Origin: Camelus dromedarius
Taxonomy: Eukaryota
DNA length: 64,000 bases
Direction: 5' to 3'
Assembly (NCBI RefSeq): GCF_036321535.1
Contig: NC_087437.1
Coordinates: 114,764,001 to 114,828,000 of the forward strand
The notes beneath the pieces are model-generated. The model saw nothing but the letters and a program-made list of their open reading frames with translations. It ran no database searches and was not told the DNA's origin. Of the stretch, positions 48,271 through 60,824 are shown in pieces. The position numbers and the translations under genes are program-made. The first letter of the stretch is position 1. Each line of letters begins with the position of its first letter.

Positions 48271-51200
48271 TACATTTTAATTAGAAGGAGTCTCTATTCT
48301 TTAAAATGTGTTATGATATAATTTCCTATGGCTTCCTATAGGATTTCCACCTGTTATTTTATTCGTTCTCAATTCTCCAGTCTCACCTACTTGAAATGCT
48401 CCCATAGAACTAGTCATGGACTCCAAGGTGTGTGCTGGTAGAATTTCTTAATCCCATAAGACCTGGGCCTTCACATACTTCTTTGACTTTGCAGTTTGGT
48501 CTTTCAGGAGTGGAAAAAGTAGGTGGCTGAGATGGAAAGAGTACATGAAAGAGGAGGGTTGCTATGCCAATGCGGCCTGGCCAACGTGGAAGGGTGGATG
48601 AAAGACTGAATGAATGTAACCCAAGCTCCAAAGTCAGCTTCTGGGCTGAGGTCTCTCCCAAGAATGTTCTTTAGCTGGGTAGTCTGCCAGTGGTGTAGGA
48701 CCCAAGTAAGTCCTGGTGCCCTTTTCCCTCCACCCTCAGGCCCTTGAACTTGCTGAGGTAGCAGTCATTTTCACCATAGTGTGAGTCCGTGCTGGTTTGC
48801 TAACTTTCCAAAGAAGCACTCATGCCCCTGCCTTACCTGCTACCATCCAACTAAAATACAGAACTATGTTTAGCCTAGGATTGTGCCTGGTCTTGCACAT
48901 ACAACACTGAGTGGCAAAACCTCTGCACTGATGGACCTGGAGTCTAATGGAGGAGTCAGGAAAAAATGCCTGTACAAACTGAGAAAACAATTCCACATTC
49001 TGCGAAGGCCAGTGAAGGGAGCGGACAGGGTGCTGAGATGGACACCAACTAGCATGTGAGGCTGCTCGGATGAGTAGGAGCCAGTTATTTTTTCTGAATT
49101 ATGAATTATCTGGATTTTTTTCTCTCTGGGTTTGTTTTTTTTTTTTTTAAAGATCTTTTCTTCTTTCACTTTGATTTTCTGAAAGTTCATGGGGATGTAT
49201 CTTATTTATTAGTGTAAATTTTTGTCCATTGAGTCTATTAAGCCTTTTCAAATTTGGAAATTCATGTCTCCCTTGACTTGTTTTAGGTAATTTCCGCTGA
49301 TCTATTTTCTTTATTGCTTTCAGGAACTCCTATTTGTCAGGTGTTTAATCTCCCACAATGATGCTTTATGTCTTTCATATGTTTCCTATGATGTTTTCCT
49401 GTTCTTTTACTTGTATTTTAATATTTGTTATGCTCTGGAACATTTTCTCTACTTTATGTTCCAACCCTATTTCATTTTTAATAGTAAAAATGAATACTAT
49501 TTTTAAAAACTCAACTTAAGAGCCTTTTCCATTTTCTTATTTTTTCATGGTATTCTGTTGTTACGGATGAAATAAGATCTTGAATTTCTCTGTTAACAAA
49601 GCATAGAGATTTTAAAACCTCTTCTCTTCCCTGAAGTATCTGTTTCTTCTTGTGTCAGTTTTTTCTCTTTGTTTATCTTTCCTTTCTCATGCTGCAGGTG
49701 TTGCTCAACTGTCTGGAGCTTCGTTGAAGCATGAAGCTCTACAGAAGCTGGAAGGGAGTGCTATTTATATAAGCAGGGCTTGTCGAAAGGAAGACTTCCC
49801 TTTAGCCAGAGGGAGCAGGAAGCTGGTTTTACCCCAAGCACTTCCCAGAAACCCTAAGCGGATGGCTTCATTGGTGAGGTGCCAACACCTACACTATCTG
49901 CCTCTTCCCGGGTAGTGAGTCTCTCGCCAGTTTGTTCATTTGCTTTAGGAGAAACTTCTGTATGTGTGTGGTGGGAATGGGGGAGGCAATAAACAAGTAC
50001 TTCCCTGGAAGTTTGCATTTTCAGCTCCACTCTCCTCTTCCTCCTTTTCTGCTCTTTGTCAGCCTTTACTTTGAATATGCCTAGGGTCTGCCCTGGTTCA
50101 GGTCTGTCCTCTTAATTATAGACTCTCCACTTGTAGTCTCATCTGTGTCTCCTGCCATTCTGATAAAAAAATCATATTTTTCATATCAGCTTTCCATCTT
50201 CAAGAATTAAAAAAAAAACCTGATGGCTCTCCTCCCATTCTCTTTATTGTTATATTTTGTTATTTTATTATTTATTATTATTTTTAATTGGATCTAGGGA
50301 GAGTTAGACATTTAAACACATGAACTTAGTCTTCTGCCTTGAATTGGTAGCTACTAATTTTTTTTTTTTGGTAGCTCCTGATTTTAAAAGATTACTTCCA
50401 CTGTCCTATGAGAAAGAATTGGAAGAGTGAATAGTATCTAGACTCCCAGAATTGTTATGACCCCTACATCGCTATGAAATGAACTTTTTTTAATCCCTGT
50501 TAATATTCTCTGCTCTAAAATCTGCTTTGTCTGGTTTTAATATGGTCACTCCATCTTTTTTTTTAAATTAATGTTAGCATTGTATATTTTCCCATCCTTT
50601 TACTTTTAACTTATTTTATCTTTCTCTTTAAACTGTATTTCTGAGTAAGAATCATATATCTGGCTCTTGCTTTCTTATTTAGTTTGACAATCTCAGGTTT
50701 TTTTAATTGAGATATTTAGACCTTTTACATTTAATGTGATTATTGACATGGTTAGGTTTACAACAAGAGGACACAATTCTTAGTTTTTGCATGTAATAAC
50801 AGAACTTCAAAATACAGGAAGTAGAAACTTACAGAACTGCAAGGAAAAACAGACAGATCCTCAATTTATAGTCAGAGATTTTAATACTCCTATCTCAATG
50901 CTTGGTAGAACAAGTAGAAAATCAGGAAGGATATTAAATAATTGAACAACCCAGGACAGAGAGAAATAGTCAAGGAGGCAGTCTGGAGGGATGGGGACCC
51001 CAATTTGTGTGAAGAAGGCTTTTGAGAGAGAGAGGAGCAGAAAGGAAGTAGAAGATGGGAAGAGGCACAAGTGAGGCTGAAGATTTGGAGATGATAAGAG
51101 GGGGAAGCTTAAAGACTTTTCCTTAAATATAAACGGAAAGGCTTTGCCTTCACGAAAAGAATTTTGTGCACAAAGGCCAGATGCGCAGATGTTTTAGAGC

Positions 51201-53432
51201 ACCAGAATCGTACTTCAGCGCTTCTCCTTGAAGACTCTGGTTTAACCATGATCCTGGTCACATCTGGCACGGTAGGGGACTGTGTCTCTGCTGTCTACTG
51301 CAGAGTCTACTGACTCTACCGGTGAAACAAGGTTCAGCCTCCACTTGGGAGAAGGGACGGCTCTCAGGTACTGTCTGAAATGCATCATCCTGCATTCTCT
51401 CCTCCCTTTCAGTTTAAGTCCCTTGCCCTGTAGTGGAGTTTCCAAGAGTGGAGTGGCCCACAGTGCCAGGAGGCCTCGTTTTCTACACAATGGGGGTCCT
51501 GGGAAGTTCTGTGGAAATGGATTTTTAAAACAAAGTCATGGGTAAAATATATGAGGAGTTGCATATCTAAATGGTGGCATTCTTTTGTGAAACACAATGC
51601 CATGCATTCAATCACAAATCACTTGTTGAGAAAGTATGATGTACAAGGCCATGGGAATGAAAAAATGACAAGAACAGGAAGGTTCACAATCTAGCAGGGA
51701 AAAGAAACAAGCATAGAATGAGTTGGAAAGAAAATAAAACCAGTAACCAAATATCCCAATTGTAAGTATCCATCTGGATAAAAGATCACAGAATGAATAC
51801 AGCTGTGCAACTACCTCCCAGGTCAAGAGAGGGGACTTTACCAGCACCCAGAAGCCCCCCAAGTGCCCCCTCCCAATTACCAAGGTGTTGGTATCAATTT
51901 ACATTCCGCCTCCCAAGAATGTAATTTGCAGTTGCTTCACCTCCTTGTGAACACTTGATTTTGTCAATCCTTTAAATTTTAGGCATTCTAATGGCATGTA
52001 GTGGTATCTCATTGTGATTTTAATCAGAACCAGATTTTATTTTGGAAAAACAAAGGCAGGAGATATTCTTACGCCAGGACATTGTGGAGCAATTCGTAAT
52101 CCCTACAAATATGGAAGAGGAATTTCATAGCAGAAATACCTATGGATCTATGAATGGGAAAGGAGGCTACCCCTCCTGCTGAGAGGGTTGTCTGGGGAGA
52201 GGGCTGGGAATCGGGTCCTGGCTCAAGGACCCCCAAGTGCAGCACTGGTTCTCCCCCTTCCCACAACCTCTTCACTGTCCTGGGCCCCTGCTGCCTCCAG
52301 CCTGTGTTTAGCAAGGTCACAGCAAGCTCCTACCCAAGGCAGGCACCAGCTTTGCCAGGCACCTGTTGAAGCCACTAGACCAAAACTCTCCTGTGTTTTC
52401 CTGGCTGTTCAATCTTGCCTTCTTGCTATTTATTATGCTGGATGGGAAACCTATGCAAATACTTTATTTTGGAAAAATGCCTGGGATGACTAAAAAAAAA
52501 CCCCCAGACCTCCCCAGAGTTGGAGGCAGCTGATGGTCCCAGCCGGAGCTGGTAGGCTGCCCTAGTAGGATGGAAAGCTCAAGCCTGTCAATCATTTACC
52601 CAGCAGGGATGGGAGGGTGGTGAGCTTTTCAACAGAAATCCCCTCCGGAGAAAGGAATTAAGGTGTCTGTTGTGCTGGGCTTTCCTGAGGCAACACTGGT
52701 AGAACAAGAGGTGTGAAGAGGGTGCAGGTGATTTGCCCCCTCAGGGCTGGGCCCTCCCAGGTTTATGGGGCGACCTCCACTGGCCTTTCTCAAGCAGGAA
52801 ATAGGCTGTTTGCTAATGCTTTTCCCCTGCCACACACACCTGCAAAAGCCAGTTGGTGGTATTTTAAAATAATTTACTACAATGAAATTTCTGTGTTTTC
52901 CTTTGGATATTTGCCCAGCAATTGGCTTTGTGCTTTTTGATTCAAGAAATGGTTTCAAATATACAGGACCTCAGATTTCAATCTCTCTCTGTCTCTTACG
53001 CACACATACACACACACAAGCACCTGTGCCTCTTGGGTGAGAAAGGGTGAGGATACTACCTGCGAAGTGGGGTGGCTTTTTAAAAATCTTTGAAGCCTTA
53101 GTTAAATCTGTTTCACTCACTTGTTCTCCACCCACCTCCCCAACTTCCTCTGCTTACTCCCTACTGTGACTGTTAAGCCTCAGGGCATTGCCAATTCCAA
53201 TTTCATTTGTCTGAAACTGATGTTTCCTGCAGAAGAAATGTGCGATACCTTTGCCTTTGCTCTGGGTCTGACTTGGTTTAGCAAGGTGCTCCCCTATTCC
53301 TCCTGTGTGCGGACCGAGCACACCACAGCCAGTGGTCCCTGGCCGGAAACCCACCACTCGGGTATCTGGTGCCCAGTGCTTCTTCAGCTACAGGGAGGAG
53401 CTCGCTGTTCTATCACTGATAGGAACACCGCC

Positions 53433-54562
53433 TTCAGGGGGTTAAAAAGAAAACCACAGGCCTAAAATGGCATCACTTGGGCTAAAAGCCCATAATACCA
53501 AACCTCGATTTGACACCTACCTAACTGCATGCAGTTTCCATCTTCCTCAGAGATGTGTAGACAAAGAATGTTGCCTGCCATTCGGGTAGACAACGGAGGT
53601 TGCCCGCCATCAAGCCATCGGCCACTGCAGCTGCCCCCGGTGATGTGCCCTGAGGGGATTTCAGGATGGAGAAAATGGGATACGGGCACTGGATAGTTAA
53701 GCTGCTTATCAAAGGAGTAATTTCAATGAGCCTAGACTCTTGAATCTTCCCAAACACAGAAAAGCACTAAAACCCTTAACTTGAGGTGTCTGTTTTTGGT
53801 GATTAGCAGTAATATTTTGATGTCCTACTACTTGTTTTTTGCTTTTTTTCTTCCTAACAAAACCCCTTATATATCCTCGCTTCTCCCTCACCTCTTTGGA
53901 GCAGTTCCTCAGGGTAGTCTGAGAGGCTGCCTTCCTGCCCTATCCTCCTCAGTAAGTTTCCCGAATAAAACATAACTCTCAAATTTGAGGCTGTGCATTT
54001 TTTTTTTCAGTTGACAAACGTAATCTTTTTTTTTTTGGTTTATACCTATGCATATATTTCTTTTTAATTTATTTACTTACTTTTATTGAAGTACAGTTGA
54101 TTTATAATGTTGTATTAGTTACAGGTGAACAGCAAAGTGATTCAGAGTCTTTTTCAGATCCTTTGTCACCGTAGGTTATTACAAGATATTGAATATAGTT
54201 CCCTATGCTACACAGTAGGACCTTGTTGTTTGACAAATGTGATCGTAATCAGCCAGTTTGGCATTTTCTAATCAGCACCAAAGAAGTCATCTGTCTCATG
54301 GGCTGAGGAAGGAGAGGCGATCTGCATGATAAAACACTTGCCATTTCCTCCCCCGACAAAAAAAACATGTCCTGCTGTGAAAAGAACGTTTTTCTGTTGC
54401 CAGTAGCTCCCTTGCCGCAGCCTGCTTCCTATAAAACCCCCCATTGTGTACAAACCCTCAGAGCGCCCTTGGAGTTGTTCGGGGGATGCTGCCTGATTCA
54501 TGAATTAGCTAATAAAGCCGATTCGATCTTCAGATTTACTCCACTGGATTTGTTTTTTGATG
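53433..54562 (+). mobile_element. Nested LTR cluster: outer ERV1-type LTR interrupted by an inner LTR (53556-54016) and an L1 3' fragment (54026-54229, - strand)
   Basis: Inner LTR TGTAGAC...TTGACA with TATA-like and AATAAA motifs; L1 TSD TTGACAAACGTAATC / TTGACAAATGTGATC; outer LTR resumes with its own TATAAAA and AATAAA. Confidence 0.75.
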
Positions 54563-57431
54563 GGAGCATTGCAATTCAGCCCCTCAGGGCATTGAGCTGG
54601 CTCTTCCTGTGCCAACGACAAAACTTCCAGGTTTATCATTGTGTTCACTGGACAAAGAGGGGAAAGGATGCTCTGAGAATTCATGGAGGACCCAGGCTTC
54701 TGCCCTCTTCAGGAATGGTGCTCACCCTGCTGCCCCCACCCCCGATGCACACATGAAACACCTCCGCGTCCCCAGGGAGCAATTAGGGATTATTTTTAGT
54801 GAACTAACACTTATGTGCAGAAGGAAATTGGAACTTGTGGTTGCACGAATGTCTTCTCACGTTCAAGGGGCTTCTAGTATCTTCAAGTGACTTGAGCATG
54901 TTGCTAATTTTTTTGTTGTTGTTTTTTGTAGTTCAGCCCTTGTGACTTTGGAAATCACAAATATTTTCACATTGAATTACAATTGTTGCCAATTTCTGAA
55001 GATATCATTGCTGCTCATTACTGCTTTGAAATTGCCTCCCCCGCTGGATAATGTCACTTTGTGCTTTAATAAAGGAGCACAAAGAATACTATGCCATAGT
55101 TTTAAAAGAGTTTGATAACATATTTCAATAAAATGGATTCCTCTTGAAATCTTACATATTTACTTTTTTTGGTTTATATTTAAAAGTATTCATCTGAGGT
55201 AAGGCCATAATCCCTCACCACTCTGAGCACACAGTCTAAACTCCAGCGAGAAGACCCTGTTCTATTATCTGGAGATGAGTGGTCTTACTTTTTATGCAGA
55301 AAGAGCAGGAATGTGCATACTCTTCTGACAGGTTATTGCAACCTTATGAACTGGAAATGAGAATTTTCCAATCCCAGTGTGTGGGTTTCCATGACCAGGT
55401 GGCTTGCTCCCCACCATGGATGGAGCAGTCCTCGGCAAGTTCCTTTCTTTTCCAAGCCCAGTTTCCTTACCTGTGAAATCAGCTGATCACAGTGCCTATG
55501 TCCTGTGTTACTGTGACAATAGAAAGATGTGATTTAACACTGTGGAGCGCGCCCTCCTCCACAGCTTCCAGAATATCCCCCTCCTTGCCCTTCTGGCTGC
55601 CTCGCTGCGTCCCCCTCGTCCTCCCAGCCTCTGCACGTGAAACATCCTCAGATCAGCCCTTGGCCTCTTCGATGCCTCATCTGTGTTCACGTCCAGTGTG
55701 ATCCTTTCTGGCTGCACAGCCCCAGTAGCATCCGGGCTGAGAGCGCCCACATGGGTCTGTCCCTGAACTTCAGCTTCACACTTCTAAGTGCTCATTCGGT
55801 GTCTCCACTCGAGGCAGCTCGGACCAAAGGCATGGAAGATAAATCTAATCTGCCTCATCAGAACCCTTTCTTTCCAGAGTCTCCTTCTTGCAGAAAATGG
55901 TAACCCCATGCTTCCAGTTGATCAAGTCCCAAATCTTGGCCTTGTCCTTTAAGCTTCTTGTCTTCACATCCTGCACCCAAGCCATTAAGAAATTTGATCA
56001 ACTCTACCTTCAGACACATTCTCTTCTCCCCTTGTGCAGACCCCCATCTCACGCCTGGAATGTCACCATTCATGCTGTCCCTGCTCCCTGGCAGCGAGAA
56101 AGCACAGCGCATCTAAGGTGGGGAGAAGCCGGGTGGCACATGGCCAAGCATGGGGTTTGGGGGCCAGGTTCCATCTTTGGTTTATTAATATTTGTCACAC
56201 AAATTGTGCATTAATTATGAATGTGCTGTAGTTTTCAGACTCTTTCCATTTAGGACAACAGGGGCCGACATGAAAGTAGGATTCTCTGGGGAGTTTCAGA
56301 GGCCTTTGATTCCAGAACGCTAAACCCATGGAGGCAATTAAGGTGTGTTATCTGAGAGGGTGGACTTTCAGGGGCTTTATGAGTATAGGAAGCCAGTGGA
56401 TCCATTTCAGGAAGTGGCTTCCCAGAGACGGGGCCTGGGACAAACAGTATCTTTCTCCAGGGTTCCTCAGGGTAGAAGATTCCAGTGCCTACTCACACAC
56501 AGGGCCAGGGAGGGGCCGGGACATGACACGGGTGACTGTGAGGATGAATGGGCTGTGGCCTGGGAGCAGCATTGGAGTCCCTGGGCCATGAAGGCGTCGG
56601 CACCTGGAAGTCAGCAGGTGAGCCGGGGACCCCAAAGTCTAAAGGCTGGGCCTCGCCCCTCCCCCACGTCCAGGGCCACCATTAGTGCTGGGGTCCTGAG
56701 CCGTCATACATCCAGGGGAGGGAACAAGGAAACGTGGCTGGCTTTAGACTTCTCTGGATCAGAGCCAAACTTGATTTGATTTAAAGACGCAAAGAACTGC
56801 AGCATGCCTTATCCCAGGAGGGTCATATTATAATTTCCATTCATAACTACAGTTTCCTGGAAAACATCAGAGTTTGACTCATGTTTCCTTCTTAATTGTG
56901 AAGTTTGGGATTATATGTTGTACCTCAGAAGGAGTCCGTACTTTAGTCAAAACAACCTTGGTCACGACTGCCTGGTCCCAAAGATGTGGGCAGAGACAGG
57001 CATCTGTGTGAGGGCTCTGGTGGTTGCAACGTGACAAAAGAGAGGTTCCCAGGACCTGACGTCTTGTCTTAGGAGTGAACGGGAGCAGAAGAGCAAGAGG
57101 AAACCTGGAGAGGCGCTCTTACACCCCCTTCCTTCAGGGAGGGGGTCCCGGTCTTATTTGGACCTACTTCCTGTCTGGGAAGGAGGCATCCGTTAGTCAC
57201 TTCCACCAGCTATGGGGTTTCAAGCTTGGATTCATGGATTTGATATCACATTTCAGCTAATCCAGCCAGAGCCCCATTAACAGAAGCTCTGTGGAGTGAT
57301 GGTTCTAGAAAGAACCAAATATGGACATGAGATAATTCACTTAAATATATGGATATAGTCTGGACATGAAAGCAGTTAGGCTATAGGGCACGCTTCCACT
57401 TGAATTGATGTATTTGCCCCCTGCTTACCCG

Positions 57432-57630
57432 TCTGGTTCAAATCCTGGGTCTTTTACTCACTAGCCCTGTGACCCTGGGCAAATAACTTAATCTCTGTGT
57501 GCTTTGATTTCTTCCTTTATCAACTGTGGTTAAAATAGCATTTATCTCATTGGGTTCTCAAGTATCCCATCGGACCAAATTAGTAAATAAAAGGTAAGCT
57601 TGGCATCTAGTAAGGGCTTAATGAATTGTA
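57432..57630 (+). mobile_element. MIR SINE
   Basis: ggttcaaatcctgg...tgtgaccctgggcaaataacttaatctctgtgtgc. Confidence 0.7.
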
Positions 57631-57732
57631 ATCACTGTTACATTAGTCTTACCTGAGTAGGAGAGAGAAAGGGACATATTTTATTTTAGTAGTGACAGAA
57701 TTCAGAGAAAGAGTTTGAAAAAAAACTATTTT

Positions 57733-58153
57733 AGAATGAAATATTGCCATTTGCTGCAACATGGATGGGCCTAGAGATTAGCATGCTAAGTGAAGTAAGT
57801 CATACAAAGACAAATATTATATGGTATCACTTATATGTGGAATCTAAAGAAAGACACAAATGAACTTATTTACAAAACAGAAACAGACTCACAGATACAG
57901 AAACTAATGGTGACCAAAGGGGAGAGGGAAGGGGGAAAGGACAAATTAGGAATCTGGAATTAATAGATGCAAACTAATATACATAAAATAGATAAGCAGT
58001 GAGGATTTACTGTATAGCCCAGGGAACTGTATTCAATATGTTGTAATAACCTGTAATGGAAAATAATCTGAAAACATATATAACTGAATCACTTTGCTGT
58101 ATACCTGAAACTAACACAATATTGTAAATCAACCATACTTCAATTTAAAAAAA
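57733..58153 (+). mobile_element. LINE-1 3' end
   Basis: gccatttgctgcaacatggatgg...ttgtaaatcaaccatacttcaatt plus A tail. Confidence 0.88.
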
Positions 58154-59702
58154 GCGGTTTCATTTTAAAATCTATAATCACACCATTAACTAGAATAATT
58201 TCTCTAAACACATTCTAGATTGTGACCATCAAGTAAGGGCTGACAGAGTATCATTCTGTTTTCAAAGATTCTGTTTTTCTTTTTTACTGATTTAGATTTA
58301 TTTTTGCAATTTAAAGAGTAGTTTAAAACTGCTTGTTTCATCACAAATAAATGATGGCCTTTCTGATCTAAATCCCTGACCTAAATAGGATGGCACATCC
58401 CAGCCCTCCTATCTTCTCTGGGGTCAGGAGGCTAAAATGTGCAGCCCTACCTCCTTCCAAACAGAGATGGCCCTGTTGCCTGGAGCCTAGACATTGGCAA
58501 AAAATAGAAAAGAGATATGTATATGGAGGACTGTTCCTTAAAGCCCTACTTTCTGATGTTGCTAGAAGGTTTTCCTGTTGCTAGATCTCATCAATGATGC
58601 AGATTATCAGGTGTAACTGGTAAGGCTTAAAGGCATCAGAAGAGACTCACGGGGTATACGCACATTACTGGTGAGAGCCTCTGCCTGCAGGGCAAGCATG
58701 TGGTGGCTGGGTTTCTCATCACCATCTCAGTGGCCTGGTCTGAGGGACCAGAAGACCCTTTCAGGAGGAAGCATGAAGTCAGGAGAGCATCAGCCAGACT
58801 CCTGCCTTGCTGGATCCAGAAGCGTGGGCTGCATCCTTCCTGGCCTCCTGACCCTTGTCTGGAAGCCTCCCCTTCCACCTTCCTGGTCTTAGGGCCAGGG
58901 TCTTACCGGGCCACACCAGCATGCCTGGCCACCTGGCTCCATGTCCACGCTGACCTGCTGTGGCTCTCTTTCCTGCAGGAGATAGTGACGGCTGGAGCCC
59001 TGGTGGCTCTACTCCAAGACCCCTTGAGATGGAGGGGCTTCATGTAAGACTCAGCCCTTCCACAGAGCAGGGTATTTCCTTCTGCATTGGGACAGAGGCA
59101 TCCTGGGGTGCCAGGGAATCAGCCAGTGTGTGTGTGTGTGATTAGATCACAACCAGAAACCATCACCAGTATTCCTAAAGCAGTCAGACCTCATCTGGCC
59201 GTCTTGGCGGTTCTTTCCAGCTAAAAGAGCAGTCATTAGCCTCTGGTACCACTGTACTTCCATCCCCAGAAAAGAAACCAGTGACATCCTGTCCTTGGCA
59301 GCAAGCAGCCCTCCTAACTGGGCCTCATGCCAATGCCTAGAAAGCCAACTGACCAGGCACGTTTCACTTTGCCTTTTTTTCCTTCTGACTTTTGCTGCCT
59401 TATGAGTGGGGGCCTACTGCATTAGAAAATGACATTGTCCTTCTTTTGTGGTTTATAGTAATTACCTGGTTTTTTTTTTTGTTTTTTTTTTTTTAGGAAG
59501 CCCTGTACTTCCTGCCCTGCCTCTGAGTTTAAGCCAGGATAGGGCAACAGTTTTGGGGGAGGTTGCTCAGGCATCTTTGAGGTGAATATCAGCCCAGGCC
59601 CCAAGTGCACTGGCTATGATCACCAGCACCTTAGCAGACAGAATAATGGTCTGGACACAGAAACAAACATTGTCCATTTCATAGACAACCACATCCAAAA
59701 GG

Positions 59703-59708
59703 TTTATT
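59703..59708 (-). terminator. CLDN14: CLDN14 polyadenylation signal
   Basis: AATAAA on the - strand ~320 nt after the stop, with a downstream GU-rich TGTTTGTTTCTGTGT (59669-59655). Confidence 0.75.
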
Positions 59709-60028
59709 TCTGACTTGCAAACAAATCCCATTGACCCAGCTGCAAGTTGTTTTTTTTTTTTCAGCTGTCATGAAATCACCCACATAAATACATATAATAA
59801 ATACAAAAACAGGATTTTTTTTTTAAGTCTTTGGTATAGAGAGCTTTTCTTCTCTTCTCTTCTCATCTCGCCTCCTTCCACGTGTTCTAAGCCAATTTCC
59901 TCATGTTCACATTATTCCTTTGGACACAGAAACAGTCCAGAAATAAACTCTGTGCCAGGACCTTGAAGCACTCAGCAGGCTGGGTCCCGGCTTCTCTCCG
60001 GGCTCGGGGAGGGGCAGGCCCTCAGAAC

Positions 60029-60733
60029 TCACACATAGTCGTTCAGCCTGTACCCGCTGTGCGAGGCCGAGATGGCCGAGGGGGCCCGATTGTCCTTGTA
60101 GGCGTCGGGGGGCCGGTAGGCGGGCGCGGTGGCCGGGCCGGCCCAGGGCTGGTAGGGCCCGGAGGGCGCCTCGTCCTGGCAGGCGAGGCAGAGCAGCGTG
60201 CCGCCGATGAGCGACAGGGACGAGGAGATGAAGCCGAGGTACAGGGCCTGCCCGATCTCGAACTTCATGCCGCTGGGCAGCAGCGGGTTGTAGAAGTTCT
60301 GCACCACGTCGTGGGTGGTCCAGGAGACGGCCACCATGCAGAGCAGGCCGGCCAGGAGGAAGAGCGCGCCGCCCAGCACGGCGAACGTGGACTTGGCCGG
60401 GGTGCCCTTGGCGCAGCGCGTGCACTTCATGCCGACCACGGCGCAGGCGCAGGCCACGCCCGACAGCAGGCAGGAGATGACCATGAGCGCGCGGGCCGCC
60501 TGCAGGTCCCGCGGCAGCGCCAGCAGCGAGCGGTAGATCTGGCACTGGTAGATGCCCGTGCTGTGCCACACGCACTCCATCCACAGCCCCTTCAGGTAGG
60601 ACACGGCCGTCAGGATGTTGGTGCCCACGTGCGCCGTCCGGCGCCAGTGCGGCAGGATGGTGGTGATGAGCGTGCCCACCAGGCCCAGGAAGCTGAGCAC
60701 GAAGCCCAGGAGCTGCACGGCTGTGCTGGCCAT
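60029..60733 (-). CDS. CLDN14: Claudin-14 (single coding exon, 234 aa)
   Basis: [11 protein letters not shown]...; claudin signature W-GLW-C-C ([16 protein letters not shown]); four hydrophobic segments; C-terminal PDZ-binding YV; GCCATGG Kozak; known neighbour of CHAF1B. Confidence 0.98.
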   Translation of the reverse strand: MASTAVQLLGFVLSFLGLVGTLITTILPHWRRTAHVGTNILTAVSYLKGLWMECVWHSTGIYQCQIYRSLLALPRDLQAARALMVISCLLSGVACACAVVGMKCTRCAKGTPAKSTFAVLGGALFLLAGLLCMVAVSWTTHDVVQNFYNPLLPSGMKFEIGQALYLGFISSSLSLIGGTLLCLACQDEAPSGPYQPWAGPATAPAYRPPDAYKDNRAPSAISASHSGYRLNDYV

Positions 60734-60778
60734 GGCCCCGCCGGCGGCTGCCTCGCTCGCTCAGGCGCCCGCAGGAGT

Positions 60779-60824
60779 CCTAATGAAGCCGGGAGGCGGG
60801 GCGGGGGAAAGGAAACGGGTTAAA
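60779..60824 (-). promoter_or_regulatory. CLDN14: Splice acceptor of the CLDN14 coding exon
   Basis: - strand: TTTAAC branch-like motif, pyrimidine tract, CATTAG|G. Exon starts at 60779, 46 nt before the ATG. Confidence 0.7.

Noticed and set aside
59903..60823. 306-aa antisense ORF and 225-aa alternative-frame ORF over CLDN14
   Set aside because: Non-ATG starts and low-complexity Gly/Arg/Ala/Pro composition. Stop-free shadow frames are expected from the extreme GC content of this exon.
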